Positions 37,422-50,800 of a DNA stretch of 64,000 nucleotides are shown piece after piece. The stretch lies in contig CATNEN010000034.1 of the NCBI GenBank assembly GCA_950097015.1, forward strand, positions 6,448,001-6,512,000. The letters run 5' to 3'. The notes under the pieces were generated by a model, which made no database searches, had not been told where the DNA came from, and was given only the letters and a program-made list of their open reading frames with translations. The stretch's first letter is position 1. Every line of letters begins with the position of its first letter. Source of the stretch: Macrostomum hystrix. Lineage: Eukaryota; Animalia; Platyhelminthes. A program made the translations under genes and the position numbers.

Positions 37422-38710
37422 CGAGGGTTGTCATAAATTCGCTGACAAACTTACATAGCGTCTGTTCCTTTTGTACTTTGGGGCAGAATTTTTTTGATTA
37501 AGGCTACCAGACTAAGGCACCATCGATCTTATTGTCTATGAAAAATCTTCCCTCTGGCTTTTGAGACAAGGCAGGAATCGAGTGGGACTCAAACCACCCT
37601 TTTATCCAGAATAAAGAAAAGTGAAGCTACCAAGCGCACTGTCTTTTGGTCTTTGCGGAAGAAGCAGAAGAAGCAGGCTGATATTTACCGTGAGCTGCTG
37701 CAAATCTTTAGCGAGGATGCACCTTCGAAACAAACTGTGTCAAAGTGGGTGCAGCGCTTTGAGGACGGCTGGGAAAACAGTTGATGATGCTCCCCGCCCA
37801 GGTGCACCGCGGTCATCCACTTCCAGTGACAACATCCAGCGTGTGCAGCATGCCCTGGACGATGATAGTGGAGCAACCCTGAGGCAGTTAGAGGACTTGT
37901 TGGAGATACCAATGAAAAGCATTCATCGCATCATCTCCGACCATCTGCATGACACGAGTTGTTGCACGATGGGTCCCTAAACTGCTGACTCCTGTCCAAC
38001 TGCAAGAGAGGGTCCAGATGTGCCGCCACCTACTCAACGCCTATCAAAACGAGCCCGACATTCTTGGCCGCCTGGTGACTGGTGATGAAACGTGGTTTCA
38101 CTTCTACGAACCAGAAACGAAACGGCAGAGCAGCGTCTGGAAGGCTACTCACGAACCCCCACAGGTCAAGGCCAAGGCGGTGCAGTCAGCAGGTAAGCGC
38201 ATGGCCACCGTGTTCTGGGACAGAGAAGGCATCTTGCTGATCGAGTGGCTACCTGAAGGCAGAACCATCAATGCCCAGTACTACTGTGAAATATTGGAAC
38301 AGCTGCGTGAGAAGATCAAGAGTGAGCGCCGGGGAAGGATCACCAGGGGCATTGTGCTGCAGCAGGACAACTGCAATGCAGCTATGGATGGACATCAGGA
38401 GACTAGGCTTCGAGTTGCTGCCTCACCCTGCCTATTCTCCTGACCTGGCCCCCAGTGACTACTGGTTGTTCCCTAAAATGAAAGAGCCTCTTCGTCGCCA
38501 TCGCTATGGAAGCCTTTCTGCACTCAGCTCGGCCATCAGCCAGTGGGTACGACGGATCCCCACGGAATTCTTCGCCCAGGGCATCAGCAAGCTGCCAGAG
38601 AGATGGCACAAATGTGTGCAGCTTGGGGGTGACTATGTTGAGAAGTGCAATGTTGACAATTAGCTGTTCTTTGATATCTGCAGTTGTCAGCGAATTTATG
38701 ACAACCCTCG
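37422..38710 (+). mobile_element. Full-length mariner (1289 bp) with frameshifted transposase
   Basis: Perfect 27-bp TIRs CGAGGGTTGTCATAAATTCGCTGACAA (37422-37448; 38684-38710) with TA on both flanks. Split motifs ARWVPKLL, LVTGDETW, QQDN and HPAYSPDLAPSDYWLFP lie in different frames. Confidence 0.95.
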
Positions 38711-38794
38711 TAGCTTTCTCATCTTATTCCTAATCGCAATACTTTCCCAAGCAATATTATTTGCTTTGCAACTAAACCAGAATCACCTGCCGCT

Positions 38795-39340
38795 CCTCAC
38801 TCCAATGCCTCACTGTCCTCTCTCCAATGCCTCACTGTCCTCTCTCCAATGCCTCACTGTCCTCTCTCCAATGCCTCACTGTCCTCTCTCCAATGCCTCA
38901 CTGTCCTCTCTCCAATGCCTCACTGTCCTCTCTCCAATGCCTCACTGTCCTCTCTCCAATGCCTCACTGTCCTCTCTCCAATGCCTCACTGTCCTCTCTC
39001 CAGTGCCTCACTGTCCTCTCTCCAATGCCTCACTGTCCTCTCTCCAGTGCCCCACTGTCCTCTCTCCAATGCCTCACTGTCCTCTCTCCAATGCCTCACT
39101 GTCCTCTCTCCAATGCCTCACTGTCCTCTCTCCAGTGCCTCACTGTCCTCTCTCCAATGCCTCACTGTCCTCTCTCCAATGCCTCACTGTCCTCTCTCCA
39201 GTGCCTCACTGTCCTCTCTCCAGTGCCCCACTGTCCTCTCTCCAGTGCCCCACTGTCCTCTCTCCAGTGCCTCACTGTCCTCTCTCCAGTGCCCCACTGT
39301 CCTCTCTCCAGTGCCCTACTGTCCTCTCTCCAATGCCTTA
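38795..39340. repeat. 22-bp minisatellite CCTCACTGTCCTCTCTCCAATG, about 24 copies
   Basis: Directly visible. Explains ORFs 38766, 38827 and 38849. Confidence 0.95.
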
Positions 39341-39349
39341 TTCAACTTT

Positions 39350-39520
39350 CCCCTTTGCCTCTCGCGCCGAGGTGCATGAGCTCGATTCCGCAGCGAGGCT
39401 ACACTCATTTGGGACGGAGACTTTGGAATGAGCAGAACAGCCTCCTCGCAGGCTGAGGGTCTACTGTCACTAAATGCTGTGCCAGTGCCCGCAGCCCTGC
39501 TGCAAATATATATATTATTA
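39350..39520 (+). mobile_element. SINE family A, internally deleted degenerate copy
   Basis: TTTGCCTCTCGC...CTCGATTCC head remnant joined to GGGTCTACTGTCACTAAATG...CCCGCAGCCCTGCTGCAA and an AT/TTA tail. Confidence 0.75.
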
Positions 39521-40324
39521 CGAGAGTATTCTCACTTTCGATTCAAAACTTAAAAACTCTCGTCGGTCACGCCTGCCTTGCCATTTCGCGTACACACTAC
39601 TGTAAGTAGGCACGTTAAATTTTACACTATTTGTTACCTTTTTCGTCCAAACGGACAGTCAAATTTACCTGTGCCAAAGTCTATTAAAGAATGAAAAAAT
39701 GAACAACAACTCGCAAAGCCCATCTCAAAATTGACAACTAAAAAGTGAACCGTCCATATCAATAGGTTGGTGCTAGAAGAATAAGAAGATTAGCAGCAAA
39801 ATAATTCAATAAAGCAATGGTCTGCTGGACGTTATATTAATTATTATTTTCTAATTCAAAGGTGCGGTCATTTTGGTTGTTGCTAGTGGCTAGATAAAAC
39901 TTTTGTTATTGGACACACTGTACTTAGATAAAGGCACAATATAGTCACAATAGGGCGTCTAATGTGGCCAAATATTTGCTAAACTATGCTTCGAAACTAC
40001 TTGCAGTAGGGAGAGAATTCTAAGAAACTCGAATAAGCACCACAACGAACTGCGGAGTATTGATTTGTTTGAAACAAAAATCTACTAGAGTGGACTGGAC
40101 AGCAACGCGCAGTAAATAAGAGCGATTGAATCACTCGATAAAAACTGGACCAAATAAAACTAAAGTGCCAAGAAAAAGGCTTCAAAATCGTTACCAAAAA
40201 GTAAAAAAGGATATATTTTTACAACACATTGGGTTCAATTATGTGAAAATGGGCATGGCCATATATCAGGCATCTCTTTTGGATAGATCCATAGGATATG
40301 TATGCTATGTACCAAGTAAATGAG

Positions 40325-40745
40325 CTAATCCTAATTGGGACTCAGTTAATCCCAATCGGGACTCGGTTAATCCTAATCGGGACCCAGTTAATCCTAATCG
40401 GGACTAGGCTAATCCTAATCGGGACTCGGTTAATCCTAATCGGGACTCGGTTAATCCTAATCGGGACCCGGTTAATCCTAATCGGGACTAGGCTAATCCT
40501 AATCGGGACTCGGTTAATCCTAATCGGGACTAGGCTAATCCTAATCGGGACTTGGTTAATCCTAATCGGGACTTGGCTAATCCTAATCGGGACGTGGCTA
40601 ATCCTAATCGGGACTAGGCTAATCCTAATCGGGACTCGGTTAATCCTAATCAGGACTTGGCTAATCCTAATCGGGACTTGGCTAATCCTAATCGGGACTT
40701 GGCTAATCCTAATCGGGACTTGGCTAATCCTAATCGGGACCCCAA
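40325..40745. repeat. 21-bp minisatellite CTAATCGGGACTCGGTTAATC, about 20 copies
   Basis: Directly visible. Explains the (LILIGTR)n ORF. Confidence 0.95.
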
Positions 40746-41144
40746 TAGTCAATGTCATAGTTATTATCATAATTACTTCTGCACCTCTTGTTCAAAGTGT
40801 TGAAAAAGTTTAACTAAAGTAGAAAATTTGCCCACAAATAACTGTCGAAAATTAAGAAAAAACTAAGAAAGAAAATATGGCAAAAATGACGAAAAGAACT
40901 GTTTAAAAACACAAACACAAAAAGCGAAACACAGAATTAACAGCCCTAAACAAATTAAAACTCTGGATAAAAGGATTTTACTGACTGATAATGTGCATTA
41001 AAGAGCTTATTAATACATTACAGGACACTATAGTGTGTGTCAGTGTTGAGTGAATCAAGTTTCACGGGAATGATTAGAAGATTGCTCAGTTTAAATTCTA
41101 AATGTTTATGTAAAATTCTGTTAATTATTTGCGTGAGTGTGCCA

Positions 41145-41665
41145 GTTAGTGTCAGTCACTATCCTCAGTATATTCAGTGTGTGTCAGTCACTATCCTCAG
41201 GACATTCAGTGTGTCTCAGTCACTATCCTCAGGACCTTCAGTGTGTGTCAGTCACTATCCTCAGTACATTCAGTGTGTGTCTCAGTCACTATCCTCAGGA
41301 CCTTCAGTGTGTGTCTGGCACTATCCTCAGGACCTTCAGTGTGTGTCTCAGTCACTATCCTCAGTATATTCAGTGTGTGTCAGTCACTATCCTCAGGACA
41401 TTCAGTGTGTGTCTCAGTCACTATCCTCAGTATATTCAGTGTGTGTCAGTCACTATCCTCAGGACATTCAGTGTGTGTCTGGCACTATCCTCAGGACCTT
41501 CAGTGTGTGTCTCAGTCACTATCCTCAGTATATTCAGTGTGTGTCAGTCACTATCCTCAGGACATTCAGTGTGTGTCATCACTATCCTCGGGACCTTCAG
41601 TGTGTCATCACTATCCTCAGGACATTCAGTGTGTGTCATCACTATCCTCAGGACCTTCAGTGTGT
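41145..41665. repeat. 30-32-bp minisatellite CAGTCACTATCCTCAGGACATTCAGTGTGT(GT), about 17 copies
   Basis: Directly visible. Confidence 0.93.
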
Positions 41666-42259
41666 CTATGGATACAAAATAAATAGAATAAAAGGATGGT
41701 ACCAGTAGGCAGCGATTCCATAAATAATGGCAATAAAAGTAATACAAAAAGCTAGTGTTCCACGGTTCAGTACTGGGTAAAAATCTAGCGCAGTTAAGTA
41801 CACGGCTAAAAATTAAAGAAACTTATTTGGTTTCAGTTTTTTACTGTACATAAGACACACTTGGTTTGAAAAATAAGAACGAAAAAAACGCACACAAAAA
41901 GTCAATAATAATAGTCAGAAACTGTCTCAGTAAGTTAGGGAAAAATACAGTAAACGCAAGCTTATTTGACTGCTAACAAAATGGCAGACCTAAAAACTCA
42001 AATCACGCAAGATTTTACAAGACAAAGACTAATATATATATATATGCGGTGATGGGAATATAGTTTGTTTTCCTACCCCAAGATTAGAAACACTTTTAAC
42101 CTGAAAACAGGGACACATCCAGTCTTCTTAGCATTAAAAGAAACACCTTCTATGAAGCGAAAAAACTCTACTTAAAAAATGATATCCTTTTTTCTAAAAG
42201 TAGAGGGAATTCTATATCTGAAAATAGGGAAAACATAAAAAATAGAGGCAAATATTTCT

Positions 42260-43880
42260 TCTGATAATTAGGCAAATCCTATCTATGAAAGTAGGAAATC
42301 TTTATTCTAAAAATAGAGGGGAATCTTTCCTGTGATAAATAGGCAAATCCTATCTCTGAGTGGGTTATCCTTATTCTAAAAATAGGGGGGAATCTTTCCT
42401 GTGATAATTAAGCGAATCCTATCTCTGAGAGTGGGTTATCCTTATTCTAAAAATAGAGGGGAATCTTTCCTGTGATAAATAGGCAAATCCTATCTCTAAG
42501 AGTGGGTTATCCTTATTCTAAAAATAGAGAGGAATCTTTCCTGTGATAATTAGGCAAATCCTATCTCTAAGAGTGGGTTATCCTTATTCTAAAAATAGAG
42601 GGGAATCTTTCCTGTGATAAATAGGCAAATCCTATCTCTGAGTGGGTTATCCTTATTCTAAAAATAGGGGGGAATCTTTCCTGTGATAATTAGGCAAATC
42701 CTATCTCTGAGTGGGTTATCCTTATTCTAAAAATAGGGGGGAATCTTTCCTGTGATAATTAAGCGAATCCTATCTCTGAGAGTGGGTTATCCTTATTCTA
42801 AAAATAGAGGGGAATCTTTCCTGTGATAAATAGGCAAATCCTATCTCTAAGAGTGGGTTATCCTTATTCTAAAAATAGAGAGGAATCTTTCCTGTGATAA
42901 TTAGGCAAATCCTATCTCTAAGAGTGGGTTATCCTTATTCTAAAAATAGAGGGGAATCTTTCCTGTGATAATTAGGCAAATCCTATCTCTAAGAGTGGGT
43001 TATCCTTATTCTAAAAATAGAGAGGAATCTTTCCTGTGATAAATAGGCAAATCCTATCTCTAAGAGTGGGTTATCCTTATTCTAAAAATAGAGGGGAATC
43101 TTTCCTGTGATAAATAGGCAAATCCTATCTCTGAGTGGGTTATCCTTATTCTAAAAATAGAGGGGAATCTTTCCTGTGATAATTAAGCGAATCCTATCTC
43201 TGAGAGTGGGTTATCCTTATTCTAAAAATAGAGGGGAATCTTTCCTGTGATAATTAAGCGAATCCTATCTCTGAGAGTGGGTTATCCTTATTCTAAAAAT
43301 AGAGGGGAATCTTTCCTGTGATAATTAAGCGAATCCTATCTCTAAGAGTGGGTTATCCTTATTCTAAAAATAGAGAGGAATCTTTCCTGTGATAATTAGG
43401 CAAATCCTATCTCTAAGAGTGGGTTATCCTTATTCTAAAAATAGAGGGGAATCTTTCCTGTGATAAATAGGCAAATCCTATCTCTGAGTGGGTTATCCTT
43501 ATTCTAAAAATAGAGGGGAATCTTTCCTGTGATAATTAAGCGAATCCTATCTCTGAGAGTGGGTTATCCTTATTCTAAAAATAGAGGGGAATCTTTCCTG
43601 TGATAATTAAGCGAATCCTATCTCTGAGAGTGGGTTATCCTTATTCTAAAAATAGAGGGGAATCTTTCCTGTGATAATTAAGCGAATCCTATCTCTAAGA
43701 GTGGGTTATCCTTATTCTAAAAATAGAGAGGAATCTTTCCTGTGATAATTAGGCAAATCCTATCTCTAAGAGTGGGTTATCCTTATTCTAAAAATAGAGG
43801 GGAATCTTTCCTGTGATAAATAGGCAAATCCTATCTCTGAGTGGGTTATCCTTATTCTAAAAATAGAGGGGAATCTTTCT
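42260..43880. repeat. 69-71-bp satellite, about 23 copies
   Basis: Marker TGGGTTATCC at 42361, 42432, 42503, 42574, 42643 and onward. Unit GTGGGTTATCCTTATTCTAAAAATAGAGGGGAATCTTTCCTGTGATAATTAGGCAAATCCTATCTCT(AA)GA. Confidence 0.95.
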
Positions 43881-44807
43881 TTTAAAAAGGCACGTTCGTT
43901 TTTCGAGAAGAGGATGATCCTGAGTAAGAGTAAAGAAGAACTTTATGCTTCGAACATGGGAAAATTAGATTGAGTACTTTGAAAAATGAAAAAATCCGAT
44001 AAAATTTAGAATCCGAATCAAAATAAAAAGCTAGCATAAGAAAACGAAGGCGGGTTAATGGCAACAGATGCTCGATCTGTAAATTACCATTTAAGAACCG
44101 GACGACATCTATGAAGAACAATAAGCGCAAAGTCATGTGAAAAAATTCACGAGTTTTCACAGCTTTCTTTTCAAAATCGCACTGACGTGTTTGTATCGGG
44201 ATCAATAGCTGAATAATTAAAGTGCACGCAAGGCATTGAAAGTGAAATCTGTATATAAATGTTTGATAAATAAATTTTATTGCAATAAATGCCAGGCACA
44301 GGTCCTAAATATTTTTAAACTGAAAATTCTTTTGTTATTCGAGACAAACTATACAATAATTCATAATATATGATCCAGGACAGCTGTTATAAAACAAAGA
44401 CGCCACAAACACGCACGCGCCTAACCAACTACTGGCAGTAAAGTAGTAAGTTGGCAAGGCAGATTTTCTGTCGCAAAGTAGAAATGAAATTTGCATTTAC
44501 AATATTATCTGGTAAAATGTACGAGCGGTTACATTCGCAATACCTTCGTTTTAAACTTTGCCAGCAACTGGTAAGTAAAAATTCTGAAACAAAACAAAAT
44601 AATAAATTACCTGTCAATCGTCAGTATAAGCATTTACTCTTACTAAGCAGCACTTTGGTGGAAATTCGCCGAAATCTAAAAAAGAAGAAAGTCAGCTGTA
44701 AAAACAAAGGAAAACTGTTAAAGAAAAAACTGCTTTTAATAAAAACTTAAACTTAATGGACTAAAGTGACTGAGTAAAGAAGTAACGAATTTCTCAAGAT
44801 CAGCTTA

Positions 44808-47800
44808 TCAGGTAAACTTTGCTTTCGGGGCAGCTGTGTGCTTTGCCACCGCTAAAGAATAGAAAAATCGTTTCAAGAAGAAATTCCACGCGGTCCACAG
44901 GGACAGCAGGAGGAAGCCGACGCTCCAGATAATGATCACGTGACGCGGCAACGGCTTAGTAACGGTAGCGCGGTCGAATTTAACCGATATCAGAATCTCC
45001 GTGATGATGATCGCGGAGATCACCCACGACTGCCGGCCGAACTTGTTCGACTTCCTGCGCGGGCGGAAGATGGGGTGGGGTGAGCTCAGACAGACAGACA
45101 GACGGGCAGAAAGGCAGACAGACAGACACAGACAGACAAACACCAGCACAGATACAGACAGACAGCACGCTCGCACCGGCGGGACACAACGCCTGTGAGG
45201 TATGAGTCAGACCAGGCTAAGGTCTGCGATGCCTCACACCCACAGTCGCTTTTTGAGCAGGCTTGGCAGGAAGCAGCCCTGTGCCTTCGGGTACAGGAAT
45301 CCCTCCACGCTGTCCCGTCAGCTGACTCATGGGTACACGTCCCGCGAGTGTTCAAGGCTGACCCTAGGGCAGCCGGACAGAATGGGCAACAGCGCTGGAT
45401 GACCCATCCAGGGCCTCTGGCCAAACTGGGTACCTCTAGCCCTGGCTGGAGGGAAAGGTGTCACCCTTTGACCTTAACAGGGTATGCGGCCAGTCCGCAG
45501 CGTTCGTGTACCTGTGCGTGATCAGGTACCTCTGGCTACGGCTCTGAGGGAAAGGTGTCACCCTTTAACCTTAACAGGGTACGCAGATTAACTGCGGGTC
45601 TGGCGCTGCTTTCTGCCGCCTTCTAAGGCCCAAGGTCTCGCCGTGCCGAAGGGCGCTTGGCCGGGGAGTAGTCCGGTCTTTAGCGGCTTCTTTTGTTCTT
45701 TTCTCTATTCTTGTGAGTCACCGCTCACCCTCCTCCCGCTTTCAGCAATGGCTTCTTCTGCATACTCTTACAAACCAAATGAAACCGGGAACCACCCGGT
45801 TGCTCCGGCCGCTACCAACAGCGCCAACGTCGCCCCATCGTGGGCTACCGGACCCGCTGCCGCCCTGTCTGCATGACGGGAGATCTGTCCCCGGACCTCT
45901 AGGCATCCGGTCCAAGGAAGCCCGTCACGGCCGTAACCAACGCCGCAACGAGCGGCGTCGGCGGCAGCGTGAAAGGGAGGCCGCGGTTCGGCAATCCGCG
46001 GAGGTGGTGCCTCAAGTGGGCGAAGGTGCGGTTGGGCCGAAAGGAGCCACTGCCACCTCAGCCCCCGGGAAACCGCCTCCGCTGGGTCACCACCCGCCGA
46101 GCCCATCAGCAACATTAACACCGGCAACGTGGCTGGGCCATCTGGAGCCGCCACACATGCAACGATGGCGAGCGAGGCCCCGGCCAGCCAACCATCTACC
46201 AAGGCCAAGGAGTCCTACGCCTCCAAGGCCAGTGCCATGCTCCAACCCGCGGTCATCGTTTTTGGGGAAGAGCAAGGCCTCACGGCCGAGCAGCTCAACA
46301 GTGCCTGGCGCATCATCGACGCTGCGCTCATTGACCAGCTCCTGGCAGACCGCCCGGTGAGCATGGTCAAATCGGCCATAACGGACGGCTGCATTTTCAT
46401 CTGGTGCAACTCGGAGGAAAGCAGCCGAGCTCTACGCGAGCTTCTGCCACAGCTAAAGTGGCCTAAGAAGCTCGGCAAGCTCACCTTCGCCAGCGAAGGC
46501 CAACGCCTAAAGACCGAGCGCTTCCGCGTTTGGATCCCGAATGGCAGTGCCATCAAATCTGGGGATCAGCTTAGGCAGATTCTGCTGAAGCTGCACCCCG
46601 ACCTTGAGGCCAACGGGCTCCTTCACCATGCCTCCTCCCGCAAGGAGACGGGGTTCACGGTGATCCTGGGGCTCTCGGATGCGTGGACCAAGCGCTTGCC
46701 GCCAAAGTCCATCATTCACCTTGTTCTAACTCAGCTGACCATCCTCCGCTGCGAGGAGCGGAAAGCTGGTGAAGCCAAAAAAGCCAAAACTCCTGAGTCC
46801 GGATCCGGGGCGCAAGCTCCTCCGGCGAAGAAGCAGAGGCAAACGGTGGACTCCACGTCTTATCTGACGGCGAACCACGCACTCTCAATCTCACCCAGCG
46901 CTAAAAAATCATCATCCCCTCGAGGGAAGACGCTAACGACCACTGGAACCACCAGGAGGTCCACTGCTATACGGACGGATCTCTTAAAGTCGGCCTTGCC
47001 GGCTTTGGGGTCTGCATCCTGATCAACGGCCGCGTCGTCGCCACGCATGCCCAACATACTGAGAGACTTTCTACGGTCTTCCAGAATGAAATCCTTGCCA
47101 TCAGCTCCTGTGCCGCAGAGCTGAATGCCAGGAATACGAGAGGAGAGACTATCATCATCCACTCTGACAGCCAAGCGGCCTTACAAGCCCTTTGCCGCAC
47201 ATCCACGTGCTCCCGGACAGTCGCTGACTGTGCCCGGCAACTCAACTTCCTGGCCCGTAAGAACACGGTCAGGCTGAGCTGGATCCCAGGGCATGCGGGC
47301 TTCCCAGGGAACGAGCTAGCGGATACCCTTGCCAAGCAAGGTGGCTCTGGCTCTCTCCTGGGCCCTGCTCCCAGGGTCCCGATCCCCATCACGGTCATCA
47401 ATCGCAGGCCTTATTGATGACTAGGCTGAGTCCCCTCCACAGGGACAGATGGGCGGGCACATAGAATTGTCGGCAATCCCTTGCCGCAGTTCCGCGCCTG
47501 TCTCGCAGGCTTAGGAACATTCTTTTGAACCAAAACCGGAAGGATATCCGCGCCCTCGCCATGACCCTCGCCACGGCTACCTCGCTAGGCACTGTTTCCT
47601 CCGGGGCGACCTTGAGAGTGAACTCTGCCCATTCTGTGAGTACGACAACGAAGATGCTGAGCACTTTGTGTGTCACTGCCCTTTCTTTAACAGAGACCAG
47701 CTACGCTACCTCGGGCCCAACCCGTCTATGGACGAGATCTGCCAGCCCGACAGCATTCCACGGCTCGTCCAATTCCTCCGGGCAACAAGACGAGCCACGT

Positions 47801-50800
47801 TCTTACCTACAAAAGACAACGCTGCAGGACGGACCGGCGGCCCACCCTGACCGGCCCCGCGCCCTCGCCTGTCTGCGGGCCAACATGGGTTAGCGGTATG
47901 GGCGATCCTCGCCTCCCCACTGTGTCCATGGACCACCCTGCAGCTAAGTTAAGTTAAGACAGACAGCACAGACACAGACAGACACCCAGCACACACACAG
48001 ACAGACACCCAGCACACACACAGACAGACACCCAGCACAGACAGAGACAGAGAGCACAGACACAGACAGACACCCAGCACAGACACAGACAGACAGCACA
48101 GACACAGACAGACAGCACAGACAGACAGACTCACGGGTCGTCCAGGTACTGGAAGACCTCCCGCATGGAGGTGGCGCCCATGAACAGGAAGAAGACCAGT
48201 CGGCCAAGGCAGAGAAAGTGCGCTGGCGGCACCCACAAGACGTACTTCAAATAGAAGGTGTTGATCTCGGCTAGCAGGAACATGGCTATGACAATGAGCA
48301 TGAGAGCCCAGCGCCTGAATGATCTTGTTGGAGTCCAGTCGAAATCAGTCCATCGGTAGGGGGTGAACTGCAGAACAAAGCGTTTCAGCTTCCCCCTGGA
48401 TTTCGGAAAACAATACCATACTGCTAGTATAATCGATAAAAATGTCTACAACTGCAATCATTTACCTGATAATCACGCTCGTTAGTAAGCGCACAGTAAC
48501 AAAACCTTAACTGAGCTACTTAAACTACTTTGGCTTTATTCATTTGCCTTTATTTAAAATGGAAAAAACATATTCACCGATGAATTATAGTCTCTATGAT
48601 CGCTGCGAAAGTTTTTGGATTTGATTAAATATAAAAATAGAATAAAACACAGTATTCAATCAAACTAACCATAATTAACTCTGTTAGCAAAAAGATAGAT
48701 GTAGTCCATTGTATCGGGACTGTAGTGTACTTTTCCGGGATTTTAGTCCACTCGTTCGGGATTTTAGTGTACTTTTCCGGGATTATAGTCTACTACATTG
48801 GGATTTCATTGCACTTTTCCGGGATTTTAGTCCGCTGTTTAGGGATCTTTGTGTACTTTTCCGGGATTTAAATCCACTGTTTCGGGAGTTTAGTTCGCTG
48901 TTTCTGGATTTTAGTAAGCTGTATCGGAACTTTAGTAAGCTGTTTCGGGATTAAAGTCCACTTTTTCGGGATTTTAGTCCGCTGTTTCGGGATTTTGTCC
49001 ACTATTTCGGCATTTTGTCCACTGTTTCGGGATTTTACTGTAATGTTTTATTTTCAAATCACTTCTGTTTTCAATGAAAATATTCATTTTAGCATTTAAG
49101 CACGTTAGGGAAAAGAAAGTAAAGCGCAAAAAATATAAAATACGGGTTTAAATAAGTACTCCAGATGATTGGCTGGCGGAATTTAGACTCACTTGTAGCT
49201 CGGTATGTTCCACATTGAGGTCCAATAGTAGGGCTTTAGCGACAAATAGTTGCAGGTCTTCATGCCCATAACGATGCCGAGACCGTTGCACAGCAGAAAG
49301 TCCATGATCCACTATGGTTGCACATTTATTTTAGGAAGCGAATCAGTAAAACATTGATATTTACAAATTGAGATTTTGTTGGCAACTTGCCAAAAAAACA
49401 ATAGACTACTTGCCAAAGAGGTCTAAAGGTATTTTTAATCAATAGGCAAATTTAAATTCTACACCTTCAAACTGACAATGTCCGACATCTTATGACCGAC
49501 AATATCCTATATATCTTAATAGACAATATCCGACATCATATGATCGATAATATCCGAACATCTACTGACTGACAATATCCGACATGTACTTTAAAAAACA
49601 CGAAAATCGTTAGGCGCAAACTCACATGATCCCACCAGCACTCGGAGAAGTTTGGCAGTTGGTGCTCAAGGGTGTACTCAAGGATTTCGAACATGAAGCT
49701 CAGAACACAACAAAGCCAGTAATCGCGCAGGATGAGGGTTTTCAGCCACCAGCCAAAGAAGTGCACAGTGACAAAGCCGTCCATCTTGTCCCAGATATTG
49801 TGAAACGGATCGCTAGAATTTGCCGGATCGTAGATTAAACAGTTGCCGCCGTAGTCCTTCTCGGGCAGCGGCCGGCCCAGCTCGGGATCGAAATAGCGCA
49901 ACAGTTGCCGAGCGTCGTGCACGTTCTGCATTTGTGCGGTTATGATTGACTTAGGTAAGAGAGTTTGTTACTATGTCTTACCATTCTGACCAATCAGAGA
50001 ACACATGTTTTTTTAACAATGAGCAAAGCTTCTAACCAATAGGAGCTGAGCTACTCTTTTCATTCAAACCAATTAGAGATCTGCAAAGCTTCTAACCAAT
50101 AGGAGCTGAGCTACTCTTATCATTAAAACCAATTAGAGATCAGCAAAGCTTCTAACCAAAAGGAGCTGAGCTACTCTTTTCATTCAATCCAATTAAGGAT
50201 CAGCAAAGCTTCTAGCCAATAGGCGCTGAGCTACTTTTTCATTCGAACCAATTAGAGATTAGCAAAGCTTCTAACCAATAGGAGCTGAGCTACTCTTTTC
50301 ATTCAATCCAATTAAGGATCAGCAAAGCTTCTAGCCAATAGGCGCTGAGCTACTTTTTCATTCGAACCAATTAGAGATCAGCAAAGCTTCTAACCAATAG
50401 GAGCTGAGCTACTCTTTTCATTCAAACCAATTAGAGATGAGCAAAGCCTTTTTTAACTGGACCAATCAGATAGCGTGTCTTAAAAATGATAATTAAACGG
50501 GCTGGGTTGTCCCGTGCTTAAGGTTGAGGACCTGGTAAATGGGTAACGGGGCTACCATGAGGGCTGTTGTAAAAATAGCAACACAAAACAGCCCTCATTG
50601 GCCAATTGAGTTTCGAATTTAAATGCCAGTCAAATATACTTTTAAGCGATCGATATATGCATGATATACTTCAAAGCGATAAATGGAGTATTCTATAAGT
50701 TAGGACGCAATCTAATACGAGATAAAAGAATATTGACAACAATTGACAATAAAAACTAATGAGGAATGAAGGGTGACTTCAGAATGCATGCTATCGTTTT

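Noticed and set aside
42260-43880. Regularly spaced repeats (69-71 bp, 60 bp, 29 bp) as CRISPR arrays
   Set aside because: There are no unique spacers, whole units repeat, no cas genes are present, and the context is eukaryotic.
47925-47958. LOA-like element as the partner LINE of SINE-A
   Set aside because: The 3' ends share only CCTGCA and the tails differ ((TTAAG)n versus (TTA)n), which is insufficient.
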